Below are positions 1-11,906 of a stretch of DNA of 64,000 nucleotides, piece by piece. The stretch is from Podarcis tiliguerta (Eukaryota). Position 1 is the stretch's first letter; every line of letters starts with the position of its first letter. The notes under the pieces were generated by a model that had not been told where the DNA came from, did not search any database, and was given only the letters and a program-made list of their open reading frames with translations. The stretch lies in assembly GCA_965153285.1 (NCBI GenBank), contig OZ229117.1, one strand, 5' to 3'. The position numbers and the translations under genes were made by a program.

Positions 1-2429
1 AAACAAAGGCCAAAGGCTCTCTGGCCCAGGCAATCCTTGTCAGTTTGCACAGGCTTGGGGTATAAGAGCTTTCCCAGCAAAAGCATGGGATGCGACCCCA
101 GAGTTCCTGCCTCTTTTTCCTAGAAAGGAAGAAGGGGAGGCCCCTTTTTTCTTTGGCAGGGCCTTTTAGCCAGTGGCTCCCTACAGTATAGCAGTCGCCG
201 AGGAAAAAGCACCACTCCAGCCAATGAGGGGAGCGTTTCTCTGGTTGGGTGCACAGGAACACATAGGGAGAAATAGGGTCAGAGAAAGCTGTCTGATGAG
301 GGAAAGAGAGCAGAGAAAGTTGGTTTGTGGAGTTCAGGATTGTCTACACTGATTGGCCATGGTTCTCTAGGGTGTTGTAGACACCAGGGGCTGAACCTGG
401 AACCTTCCACATGCCCCTACTGGGTACAAATCCATCAAGCAGTAGCTTCATTTAGCCTACATGCTAGCAGTCTGTCAACAAGAATAGAAGGAGGGAGTTC
501 TGATAGGGAAGGGGAAAGAGCCCTCCAGGCTAGTCAAGGAGGCTCAAGGGTTTAAAGAGGACAATTGCAGAGATGCAAGGCACCTTTCTGGAAGAAGCCT
601 TGTACACCCAGCAGAACAAGCTTTGCCAGCTGGCTTGCAAGGAGAGGCGCTACTATTAGAGGAAGGGGCAAAGCAGGATGTGGGACCCCAAAACATGGTT
701 GCCCACACAACTCTTCCCCAGCATAGGCCTGGCCACAATTCAGTGAAGCCGTCTTTGAGGTTGGCTTTCCAACGAGGAGCCCATCCATCCTTCCTCCTTG
801 GATCCTGCTACTACTTTGTGTGGAGCAGGGAGCAGAAATCAGGACTGGCTTCCTTCTGAATGAATTCTTTGTGGCTGCAGCTCCAGCATCCCTGCCTGGG
901 GCCAGGCAGAATGAGAAGCAAAGTCACAGACCTTTGCAGGAGCTGTAAAAGCATTGGGGGGGGGGGAGAAGGGGGGCTCCCTAAACAAGAACCTCTTGAT
1001 GCAACCTGAGAACAAGGGTGATGATTGTAGGGGCGGGGGGAGGTGTTGTTTGCACACTGCAGCCCGAAAGGCTCCAGGCCCCTTGTTTTCACACTCAATT
1101 GGTGCAGCCACATGAGGATTTGTTTTTACACACAGAGAGAGATTTCTTCTGAGCCACACCCCCTGCTCTGGGTCCGGCCTTGATTCAGATGCTGGCTGCT
1201 TCAAGAGCCTTGGCAGAAGGACCCATTCCCTGCCTGGCTGGCAGGCGAGAGGACATACGAAGGAAGCTGCTGCACTCACACAGTAGAAATGGGATCAGCC
1301 TCCAGGTTGGGGGGGGGGGTTGTAAACCTGTGCCCAGAACAGGCTTGAGAACAAAGCGTCCCTTGCGGGTGGGTGGGAATCTGGAGCTGCAATCGATGCA
1401 TCCGATGAGGGACTTGGGAGCTGCTGCTGCAGCCAAGGCAGTAGCCGGCTGGCTCTTATTGAACTAATTTGCACCCCACCCTCCATCTCCCCAAACAGCC
1501 TCTCCTACTGGAGCACTGCTGGGGCTGCCTGGCCAAAACGTTGGTTCTGGCAGAGCACTTCTGGAGCAGATGTACAAGGAGCACAGCTAGGCTGGGAAGA
1601 ACTCCCCACCCCACCACTGCCATTCTGGTGCAGCAAACAGAGCCCATCCTTGGGCCAAGGACAGAAGATGCTCAAGGAACATGCAGGGATCTTCAGGGCA
1701 CACAAAGGCTGCTGACCCAGCTGGAGATCCCAAGAAAACTTCAGATGTGCCCATCCATCCGCTCCAGGAGGCCTAAAGGCAGCTGACAAAGTGCCAGGAA
1801 GGAGCTGTGGCTTCCTCCTCTCCCAGTGCAGCCCAGCAAGGCCAGTTCAAATCATTCTTCAGTCCTGAGGCTCATTGGGCAGCCTCAGGTAGGCCTCTCA
1901 CCGAGGCTACTTTGCAGGAAGGAAGCCTCCACTCTCAGCTCCTCAGAAAAAGGGAGGCCACACATGCCACCAGTCCTCAGCGCCTGAGAGATGGGCCACA
2001 TGAATCTCCCATCTTGTGCCTTCAAGACCATATCCATCCCCAGCCAGAGCATCACAGAGAAAGGCATTTGGATCTGAGATGCCTGTTAGTAGAATCAGGT
2101 GGCCATCGTAGGTGGTTTTGCAGAGGTCTCAGGGTATTGCTTTCTCATTAGTTGTGCATTGCTTATCCTGAAATGGGTGCAGAGACCTAGCAATGAGGCA
2201 GGATAGAAATTAAACCAATAGGAGCCCACCCCCCACTCCTTAGATCAGCAGTCACAAGGGCTGCCCTTCCCTCCTGCCCAGCACAGAGAGAAAGGGAGGG
2301 CGTTGTCTTTGGGTGCTTGCTCAATGGAAGGCTGATGGGGAGCAGACACCCACACCCAGGGCAAGGAGGAGTGAGAGTAGCCATTCTCAGTGCCAGCCGT
2401 GAATCTGCTCTACCTGGAGTCACTTCCTC

Positions 2430-2996
2430 TCCTCAAAAAAGATATGGTGGAGTTGGAAAAGGCAAAACGATCAAAGGGATGGAGCAACAGCCCTATGGGG
2501 AAAGGTTACAACGTTTGGGACCTTTTGGTTTAGAGAAAAGGCAAGAAAGGGATGGTAGAAGAATATGGAGTTATGCTTGGCATGGAGAAAGTGGACAGAG
2601 AAGTCCCTCTTTCATAGCACTTGAAATCGAGCACATCTAATGAAGTGGAATGAAGATTCAGGAAAGAAAAAGACACTACTCCTTCGCACAGCACATCTTT
2701 AAACTATGGAACTCACTCCCACAAGCGGCAGTGATGGCCAGCAACTCAGGTTAAAAGAAAGTTACACAAATCCATGGGGGACAAGGCTATCAACAGCTCT
2801 TAGCCATAATGACTATGTTCTGCCTTCACCATCAGAGGCAGTAACTTCTGAATATCAGCTGTGGGAAACCACAGGAGAGGAGAGTGCTCTTTTGCTCAGG
2901 TTTCCCACAGGCATCTGGTCGCCCACTGCGAGAACAGAGTGCTGGACTAGATGGGCCACTGGCCTGATCCAGCAGAGCCTTTCCTATGTTCTTATG
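2430..2996 (+). mobile_element. CR1 LINE 3' fragment
   Basis: Degenerate ORF2 end (IKGMEQQPYGERLQRLGPFGLEKR) and CR1-type tail ending tatgttcttatg. Confidence 0.8.
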
Positions 2997-4138
2997 CAAT
3001 TCATCCAGGAAAACAACCACAGCGAGCAGCCCTTGCCTCAGAGCCACAGGGAGAAAGAAAGCCTGATCTTCTGACACTCACCGGCAGTGGCTGCGCTGTC
3101 GCTTTAAGAAGCCTCCCCTCGCAGCCAGTGCCAGGGAAAATTCCATCCTTTTTGGTACCGAGCGGAGCCTTTTCCATTTGCCGCCCAAAACTACGCCTTG
3201 CCTCATGAAAGGAGCATTGTGTCCGGCACACAAGGAGGAAGAGGAGCAGCTCAGGTGGGCGAGGAGAGGGCGGAGGGCGACTCAGGCCCGCCAGGCAGGA
3301 TCTCAAACACTTGCCCTCCAACCACACTACAAGGCCCCAAAAGGGCAGCCCCAGTGTTAACCCCCCCCACACACAAAAGCCACTTCCAGCAACCATGAAG
3401 CCCTTGCCACCTTTTGCTCTGAGGCACCAGTGCGGCAAGGAGCTCTGACACTGCAAGGGAAGGTGCAGGTAAGCCTTCACTCATTTTCTTGACCCAGAGC
3501 AGGGGGTCTCTCTCCACTCACCTCCAGTCAAAGCCTGCTCACCAAGGCCCAGACATCTCAAAGCTAGTGGACCAGACCATCAGGCCTAAGCCCAGGGAGA
3601 AGAGACTGCCCCAGAAAAGTAGCTGGCTGTTGCTCTGACATTGCCCCCACCTCCATCTGCTATCTCCAGGCCCGGCACCTCTCAATACGAGGTCTGTATT
3701 CTGTGAGGCGGGGGCCATGGTGGGGGCAGGGGAGCAGTTTGGGCTGAAGGAGACGGAGAGAGCCTTTCCCTGCCGGGAGCCCCCTGAATAGAGGCCTTTA
3801 TGTAGCAGCAGCAGCAGCGGCTGCCGCCACGGGCCACTCCAGCAACCACAAATGGCAGCAGACAGCCAAGGGCCTCGTGTTGCTGGGCGGGCTGCTCTGC
3901 TTTCCTGGCTGGTGAAGGGGTGGCCTCCGTCAGACACACCAGCAGCAGCAGCCCTGTGCGCCTGACAGGCCTCCCAGCCGCTCACAATGAGGCCTTGTCT
4001 TCTGCCAAGGCCAGAGCATTTCCACCACCAGGTATGCCTTATTTCCCCCTGCCAGAGGGCGCAGAAAACCTGGTGATGCCCAAACAGGAGGACAGGCCAG
4101 CGGAGGGGGCTGTGGAGAGTCTCTGCCATGGGACATAC

Positions 4139-4260
4139 CTTTCCCTTTGCTCTGCTTCAGTGCACTGGGGAGACTGATGGAGGCTGTGCCCAGCAACTCA
4201 TTCCGCAGGGTGTGGTAGCTCCAGAGTTTCACGTCAAGGTGGCTTTGTGAGGTGACATTC
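4139..4260 (-). CDS. WWP2: WWP2 exon 4, C2 domain (NVTSQSHLDVKLWSYHTLRNELLGTASISLPSALKQSKGK); gene continues past the left edge
   Basis: 122-bp exon, ctgcag acceptor, G|gtatgt donor; HTLRNELLGTAS motif of WWP2. Confidence 0.93.
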
Positions 4261-4822
4261 CTGCAGCGGGGTTGGGGGAGGAAGAGGGTGCAAAAGAAGA
4301 CAGGTTGGTGAGGCGGTGGGATCAAGTTTGCCTTGTGCCAAGCATGAGGGACGTTCAGTAAAAGCCAATTTGGGGACAAAATTAAACCTTAAAAGGTGAA
4401 AAGGGGGCTCTGCAGAAATAAATGAAAAGAATGTGAGTGCTCTCGACCCGTCATTAGGCTTCCCAAACATAAGAAGAGCAAACTAGGTCATCCCAGGCCC
4501 CAGGAAGAGGCCTTTCAAGGCCTAGTCATTTCAGCAAACAGGCTTAAGATGACAAGCCAGGGGAAGCCAAGGGCCTTCCCTTGTTTGAAAACACAGCTGA
4601 TAACATGCAGACCTGTCCTCTGCAAGGGCTCCTGCTTCACCATGGAAAGAGCAGCTGTCGGGGCCACAGAGCCTAAGGCCCATCCCACCACTTTTGCTCC
4701 TACACAGCTGCTAGCCTGGGCAAGCCCTTTGGGCCAGAGCAGACCCACCTGGGCAACGCCAGTGCCTGCCCCAGCTCGGTTTCACACACACACCCCAATT
4801 CCCTAGAGCCCCAAATTCTTAC

Positions 4823-4970
4823 AGCACAAGATTCTCGTTCCAGAGCAGCTCAGAGATCCCGATCCGCTTTGCTGTCTTCTTGGTCTCGCTGGTGAGCCCA
4901 TCCGCCGTCACCTCCACGAAGCAGGTGATCCGAGCCTGGCGCCCCTGTGCCTTGGGCTTTGCTGACACCA
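4823..4970 (-). CDS. WWP2: WWP2 exon 3, C2 domain (VVSAKPKAQGRQARITCFVEVTADGLTSETKKTAKRIGISELLWNENLVL)
   Basis: 148-bp AG/GT-flanked exon; translation matches the WWP2 C2 domain; missing from the ORF track. Confidence 0.93.
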
Positions 4971-7450
4971 CTGGAGGGAGGAAGTGGAGGAAGTTCAGTA
5001 GCTGCTCCTCGGCTGGAGTGGTGGGTGACGCCTGCCCCAGGCTAGCCTGATAGGGATTTTGGGGTAGCCAGATCTACTTGCGTGCCAGGGAAAGTGACAA
5101 TGCCACCCAACTGTGCCCTTTTAACCCCTCCACTTTACACAGGACGCTCCATTGCTGGTTCCACCCTTTATACAAGCACAAGACTGCCAAAGGAACAAGC
5201 AGGGCAAAGGGCATATCTATGGCCTACATTGAAACCTCACTTGAAAATAGAAGAGCCCTGGATTCCCACAAAGAACCCTGGGAAGCAAACCTGCTGGTTC
5301 ATAGGGTGATGGCAGCCCCTTCCCATCCAAACAAAGGCTAGAATACGGGCAGCTCAATGTAGTGCCCTCCAGATACTGCTGGACTCCAACTCCCATCATG
5401 CCCGACCACTGGCTATGGTGGCCGCTGGGGGTGACCAGAGCTGGAGCCAAACAACACCACTTTGGCTACTGCTGGTTCAAACAGCCACTCTCCTCCCCTC
5501 CCCACCTTGGGAGCTAGCACTGGTCAAGGAGGCGAGAGTGCCCCCTTGGCATTCCAGAGGGTCTGTTACTTGAGACCCAGAGCCTAGCCCTAGCTGGAGA
5601 GTGCCAAGGCTGACGAGTGCCGACTACAGACCCAGGGGCTGACATTTCAGCCACGAGAGGAAGGCAGAGCAGCTGCAGCCTGTGCAGAAATGCTCCTGTA
5701 ACTGCCAGTGTTGGGAGCCCCCTGGTGGCACAGTGTGTGCAGCTGGCCGGACCCAAAAGCCGCAAGAGGCTGCTGTCTGGCCCCATCATACACTCCCCCC
5801 CTGCAGCTGCTTGAGGTGCAAGCAAAGCATTCATGCTAGGGGGGGGGGGGCACCAGCTAGCCAGAAAAACAAATCTGGGGTGGGGGGGTAGAAAGGGGAG
5901 AGTTGCCTCTCAGTCCTTATGAGCAATGACCCAATGGCACATTGCTGTCACAACAGGCCAGAGGACAAGAGAAAAGCTTGTGGGTCTCATTTTTAACCCT
6001 TGAGACTGGAGGGCAATGTGAAGAATTAAACACTCACATATCAGTAGAGTTGGAAGATACCCTTGCCTGAAACCCGGGAGAGCTGCTGCCACTCAGTGTG
6101 GACAATATTAATCTATATGGACTCAATATAAAGCAATTTCCAGCCTTCCTCCTTGTAGAATGAATGTAAGCAGTTGTAGTTAGTTGAGTTTCTGAGGTGA
6201 GATGGGATGACCTGCAGTGGTGGCTCTCAGGGTGCGGAAGGACCCGGTAAATAACCCTACCACAGCCATGCCTCTCTAGCCTGGATCCAAAGTTTGCAGG
6301 ATCAGCAGGTAAAAGTCCATTGCTGTTATGACTAGACGGTAGGGAAACTGTTTCTCTTCCCACACCCACCCTTGCATGTAAATGCATGTGTGTGTGTACA
6401 CACACACACATACAAACAAATACTGATGGGAGAACCCATTTGTCCCCCACCCTGAACTGACAGTAGTTAGGAGTGGGGACTGCTAAAGTTCAGGCCATCT
6501 TGGCAAGCTGTAGGGAAAAGATCAGAAGGTCACACAGTCATCCTGTCGGCAAGGGTTTTCTCGCAGGCAAGGAAATTCTGGGTCATGCTAAAAAAGAAGA
6601 ATTCATCCCTACGCTGGGGACAGCACAAGTGGGAATGACTGGGAATAACTGAAAGACCACAGCAAACAAGTCAAGGAACTATCATGGGACCACCCAAATA
6701 CTGGCTACAGTGCTTTCTGGAGCTCTTCTTAACTGGCAGCTGCTTAAAATAAAAGCAGTGTAAAGGGGAGGAATCTGTTGCCCTTCAGATGACGACTCCC
6801 ACCATCCCTGACTACTGACCACACTGGCTGGTGCTGAGGGAAATGAGAACCCAACAACCTCTGAAGGGCCACAAGTTACCCACCTCAATGTAAACTAGCC
6901 TTCTCTTCATTTTAGAGAATATTTAGCACCTCCTGGGATACATGAAATGTTCTCATCCAGAATGATCTGCTCCCTACTGGTTTTTTTTAAGCTTTTGCTC
7001 AGCATACGTAATTATTTCTGAGTCCGAATAGCTCAGAACAGCACCCATAAAGCAATATAAATGTTTGTTCGGCTCATAGGAAGAATCTCACTTGTTTTGT
7101 GGGTTCTATAAGCTTCCTAATATTCTGATCTGAACTTGGCTGATAACCAGTCAGTATCTGTAATGGATCTGAAATTGTTTTTTAATATGTGTGATTGTTT
7201 TTATATGTGTTTTTTAATGTGTTATGAAATTCCTTTAAGATGCTTCACGGAAAGAGATTTGTAAATTAACTGAACACAACCCCACGGCGCAGCTACGCTT
7301 ACACAAAAAATCCTTGCAGCTGATGGGAATTTCACAGGCGAGCCAAGGAGAAAGGACATCCAGAGCTGACAGAGGGGCAGACCAGAAACAACAAACACCT
7401 CCTTACTGCTGCCAAACTCCACAGAGTTGCTCCTGGACAAGAGGACTCAC

Positions 7451-7499
7451 CTTTCACAGTAAGTGGAGATTTCTCTCCAGGCAACCCCACAGAAGCCAT
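7451..7499 (-). CDS. WWP2: WWP2 E3 ubiquitin ligase, first coding exon (MASVGLPGEKSPLTVK); whole exon 7451-7514
   Basis: Acceptor ctttcatag, 15-nt UTR, ATG at 7497-7499, donor AAG|gtgagt; resembles the human WWP2 N-terminus (LPFEKSQLTLK); phase 1 joins the next exon. Confidence 0.85.
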
Positions 7500-7667
7500 T
7501 TCATCGCTGGATGCCTATGAAAGCGAAAGAGCAACAGGTGACACATTGTCTGAAAAGTCGGGGCAGGACTCCTCCAAGTTCTGGTACTGGACACCGAGCT
7601 GGTAGCATCAGCACTAAGGAATGGGAGGAAACCTGGTTTATGGGCTCCAGCTTCCATCAGCCACAGA

Positions 7668-7786
7668 CATGGGCATAGCCAGGGTTTTTGTTAGGGGGGG
7701 CAGGCTTTCGTTAGGGGGGACAGAACCTCTGATTTGTATTGATTGGGGGGCAGTTGCCCCCCTGCCCCTCCTTGGCTACGCCCATG
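7668..7786. mobile_element. Short hAT-type MITE
   Basis: TIRs CATGGGCATAGCCAGG / CTTGGCTACGCCCATG; 8-bp TSD gccacaga/gccacagc. Confidence 0.82.
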
Positions 7787-9929
7787 GCCACAGCTAGCAT
7801 GGCCTGATGGAGTGGGATGCTAGGAGTTTGGCTACTCATGCTTCCTGCTGCTTCTCTAAGTTTGCCTGTTTGGCTCAGGACAGGAAATACCTTGCTCTCA
7901 CCAGCCATACAGATAACTGCACCCTCCAAACTTAGAACTTTTCCAGTTGTTGAGTTCTGAATCCTGGAACAGAGAGAGCTCCTTGAAGAGAACCATCAGA
8001 AGCCCCAATCCAGCAACAGTTCCGGAAAAACGAGGCCCCAGGGGGTAGTGTGGGAAATTCCCCTCACTGAGTAAGACAGCAAAGGCAGAAGGAAGAAGAG
8101 AGCTTCAGAGCACAGACACAAAGAGGAAGTGGGTGCAGAACAGCTCAGTTAAGGACTGCCAGCATTTGTTTGCACACAGCAAGCTCCGATGAAGAGCAGC
8201 AGCAGCTTTTCATTCAGCAAAGAGGAGGAACTTCTTCTTCATGCTTGAGCTTCTGGATCATAAAAAGTTTTGTATTTTAAGTCTCTGAATGACAAGTGGG
8301 CAGGTAAGGTTAGAAGAAGCAGCAGCAGGAACACCCCCTCCTGAATGAGTTTCCTCGCTCACTTTCTATCCCCCACAGAAGAGTGAGTTTGTTGATTTGC
8401 ACTAGCTACAGATCTCCAAGAGCAGGAAGACAGAGTTGGTTCACAACAGAGTGTGAGTCTAGCAACCACGCAAGCTGCTCAGGAGGAACCAAACCAAGTC
8501 AGCTAATCATTAACACATTCAATCATTGCATATTTATTACTCTCCTTCAAACCCAGCACTCTGTGAAGGTGATAGGTGACACACATACCACTTCACTTCA
8601 TTCCCTCCATGGTCTCAGGTGCATTGAGAATGAGCCAAAAATTGAGTTAAACAGAACATAAGGTAAATTATAGGTGGGTGGTGTTAGTTCAATCCCACAT
8701 ATGGTTACAGTTCTAGTGTACCCAGAGAACATCAATGTTGGTAGTTCCTTTCAACAAAATGAGCAAGATGCAAACAAGAAGTCCAATAGTTCACACACAG
8801 CAATGCAAGAGTCAGTGGCAAAAATCACTCAACATGCCTCATGACGTGTCTACATCAGCTGTTATCTGCATGACAGAGAGAGCTGTCCTCTCTCCTTTGT
8901 GAAATAGGATTTTACTCCCATATTTCTTTGTAGAACTCTCTGGAGCTCCATTAAAGAGTCCCTATGTTTCCCACAGCAGTCCTTGCCACAACCAGGAAGA
9001 ATCTACACAATTCATTTGCACACACACCCCTTTGTTTAAACAGTATCACTCAGGCTACAGTATATCTTTACAAGTAGCTGCAGCAATCAGCCAATTCAAG
9101 AAGCAAACCTGTCTCAATCCTTGCGCTTATGTATAGTGAGCACATAAACAGCAGTTCCAACAGAAAAGCTGAATCCCAAACAATAAGCAATGCAATAAAA
9201 GAAGCAATACAAACTTCCCTATAATCTGAGCAAAGCAAATAAGTGGATGAACCTCCTTTGCATGTGTCCAAGGAACGTCATGGTGCCCCGAGTAGAGCCA
9301 AAGGCTATTCTGTGGGTACCTTAGAAAAGGAGGAAGGGCACCCAATGGTTTGATGCAGCCTCATCATACAGCAAGGCACTGTAGAGCAACACAACTGAAA
9401 AGCACACCCTATACAGACCGTCTGGACACTTCCACTGGCACAAAACATAGCAATTTGTCCCACACCTGAGTAGGTTAATGGCAGCCTAGCTCTCTGGGGA
9501 AAACTCTACAGTGACTGCCAAAAAATAAGTCCCGGTGTCCAGAGTCATATGAAAGCAACTCTTACCCAGTGTTAGAAACTGAGATATGAAGCTAGGAGCT
9601 AAATGGCATCTTAAATCTAGGTTGTGGGTGCAACAACGGCACACTTTTAAAATAACAATACAAAGCTGAAAATGAACAAACTGCAGCTAAAATATTATGT
9701 TCATTATGCTCTCACACACACCCCTAATATTCTTAAGAGGGTCTCTTCTCCAGTCTTCAGAGAGTAGCTGGAAGTGGGGAGGCAGAAAAAGGTCCTTCTT
9801 TCCTTCCACTCCACAGTTTTAATCTGAAATCTTAGGTGCAGTACTGTGCCCAGAGCTCAGAAACTGTTCACACTAATGAAATTCCATCACAAAATGCACC
9901 TAAAACAATGGGAGTTTTGAACCCTGCTC

Positions 9930-10030
9930 TTACCAACATAGTATACTCCAGTTGTTTTGGACTACAACTGTACTGGCTAAGGATGATGAGAGTTGTAGTC
10001 CAAAACTGTTGAAGGGCAGGCAGTAGGCTA
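9930..10030. repeat. Palindromic MITE-like repeat (ggactacaact...agttgtagtcc); relatives ~5360-5465, 6770-6885, 24053-24172, 32060-32130, 39505-39565
   Basis: Internal inverted repeat ttttggactacaact / agttgtagtccaaaa; motif recurs across the window. Confidence 0.7.
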
Positions 10031-10559
10031 ATGTAGTCTGCCTTAAAGGGCCTGAGGCCCTCTTCACCGTAGAACAGTCCGCCTCATAGACAGTACATAT
10101 CTTAAGGGCACCTTCTGAACAGAAGAGCTCAGCTGCTGAGGTACTCAGAGAGACAACCCCTGCCCTCTTTAAAGCTTTCAAAGGACAAGGCAGGCAGGCA
10201 GTGGGGCTGGAGACCCAGGGTGCCTGCGGTTTCCAAGCCTGTCGACATTATATACACACACATACAGCAAAAATATTTGGGGTTTGTTCAGGCCTTCCGT
10301 TTCTAAAGGTTTTGGCTGACTACTTCATCCCTTCATTTGCCACCTTCCTCTTTCCTGTAGCTTCGCGGGGCGAGGGTTGTTGTTGCTGTTATAACCTGAA
10401 AAGCGGGATGGAACTAACAACCCCTAAAAATAAATAAACAAACGAATGTTTGTTTGTTTTTAAAAAGAGAAACTCAGGAGTGTTTCGTTTTTTAAAGCTC
10501 CAGCTGATTTTCAAAATGTTGGAGAGAAGGAAACCAGGCAAGCAAGCAAGCGGGTGTAG

Positions 10560-11157
10560 GTATCCGTATGTGTCAATCACAGCAGTGGCCAGACCCCCCG
10601 CTTCCCACCCTCAAATCTCCAGACTTACCGGCGACGGTTGCCAGCTTCTTCCCACTTCCACCTCCTGTAGTCATGGGTCATGTGACAAGTGACACATCAC
10701 GTGACACATACTTCGGAAGTGGAAAGGGAGGCTACGGAGCCGGGACGGCTAGAGCGGAATGGCGGAGGAAGCGGTGGCTGCAGCGGCTCCGACTTCCGGT
10801 TGTCGGGATGAAGCAGGAGTGGAAATCGCGTGTTCCCTTTCCAAGTTATGAGGTCTTGTCGGACTGGAAGTATAAGTTTATTTCCCCGGGATTCTTTGGA
10901 GGTGGGTGGGCGGCATCAAAAGTATTAGATTAAAAGCCCCGCCTTCAAACAATGCAATGCTCTGGCTATTCTTTTTTAAGTCAAGGAAGAAAGGACGGTT
11001 TTAGAGGGGAACTACAGCTCCCAGTATGCCTTTCTTCCGCGAACTATCCTGTGTGAGGCCGCACAGTTCCCAGCATGCTCCACAATGGATAGCGGGGGGG
11101 GGGGAAAGACTACACTTCCCAGAGTGCCCTGGGAGTCACAGTCTAAAGTGGAGCAAA
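10560..11157. promoter_or_regulatory. Bidirectional CpG-island promoter WWP2/NOB1
   Basis: CpG-rich; E-box/CLEAR-like GTCATGTGAC 10677-10686 and TCACGTGAC 10697-10705; ETS CGGAAGTG 10714-10721 and ACTTCCGG 10792-10799; YY1-like AATGGCGG 10758-10765; three ZNF143-type motifs at 11011, 11067, 11109. Confidence 0.8.
10629..10670 (-). other. WWP2: WWP2 non-coding exon 1 (5' boundary approximate)
   Basis: Strong donor CCG|gtaagt (plus strand acttac 10623-10628) inside a CpG-rich promoter, ~3.1 kb upstream of the ATG exon; TSS not directly visible. Confidence 0.65.
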
Positions 11158-11220
11158 ATGGCTCCCGTGGAGCACGTCGTGGCTGATGCTGGAGCTTTCC
11201 TGCGTGGAGCCCCGCTTCAG
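11158..11220 (+). CDS. NOB1: NOB1 (18S rRNA site-D endonuclease, PIN domain) exon 1, MAPVEHVVADAGAFLRGAPLQ
   Basis: ATG in aaaATGG context, PIN motif VVADAGAFL, donor CAG|gtacag. Confidence 0.95.
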
Positions 11221-11773
11221 GTACAGTGGGAGAAGGCTGAGAACGGCTGCCAACTTGGCCAGTGGCCCACTGGGGAGCCCCGCGAGAAAGGACCACAGGC
11301 CCAGGTGTATGCTTTACTTTGCGGTAGATTTTTGTTGGACCTGGAGACTTTTATTAGGCCATCCCGAGTAGAGAGAGAAAGCTGCCTAGAGAGAGACTCT
11401 TCTTAGGGCACATGGCAGGTTGGGGTTGTGGGCCTGGAGATTGTTCCCTGTCCCTTGACAGCTTCAGGCGGTTGGGAAGGGACACACACACACCCTGGTC
11501 TACCAAGTCAAGGTGGCTCCTCAGAATGTTGCATGGGACTCCTGGAGTCCCCTCTGGTTGCAGGTCGCTCTGTTATGCTTCTCGGTATGTGGGCACCCCA
11601 GAACCCTCAGATTAGCTTTTGCTCCTACGGAGTGTGAGTAGTAGGTCAGGAGAGGTGTGGCTATAGGTCTGCATCTCTCTTCCCTAACCTAGTTGCCTGC
11701 CCCAGCTCCCTTCCAGCCCTCAGGTTCCTGACCCACTTGCAACAGCTCTCAGCTGTGTCTTCCCCACTGGCAG

Positions 11774-11906
11774 GACATTGGCAAGAATATCTACACAATC
11801 CGAGAGGTGGTGACTGAGATCCGAGACAAGGAGACCCGCAGGCGGTTGGCAGTGCTGCCCTATGAGCTCCACTTCAAGCAGCCTTTTCCTGAATATGTAA
11901 GGCTTG
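11774..11906 (+). CDS. NOB1: NOB1 exon 2 (DIGKNIYTIREVVTEIRDKETRRRLAVLPYELHFKQPFPEYVRL)
   Basis: 133 bp, AG/GT, NOB1 PIN-domain sequence. Confidence 0.95.

Noticed and set aside
1-4138. miR-140 or other WWP2-hosted small RNA
   Set aside because: miR-140 lies in a much more 3' WWP2 intron; no matching hairpin seen here
5078-5084. Isolated XRE (TTGCGTG), and PU.1/FOX motifs near 8120-8175
   Set aside because: Single short motifs are expected by chance; no supporting context
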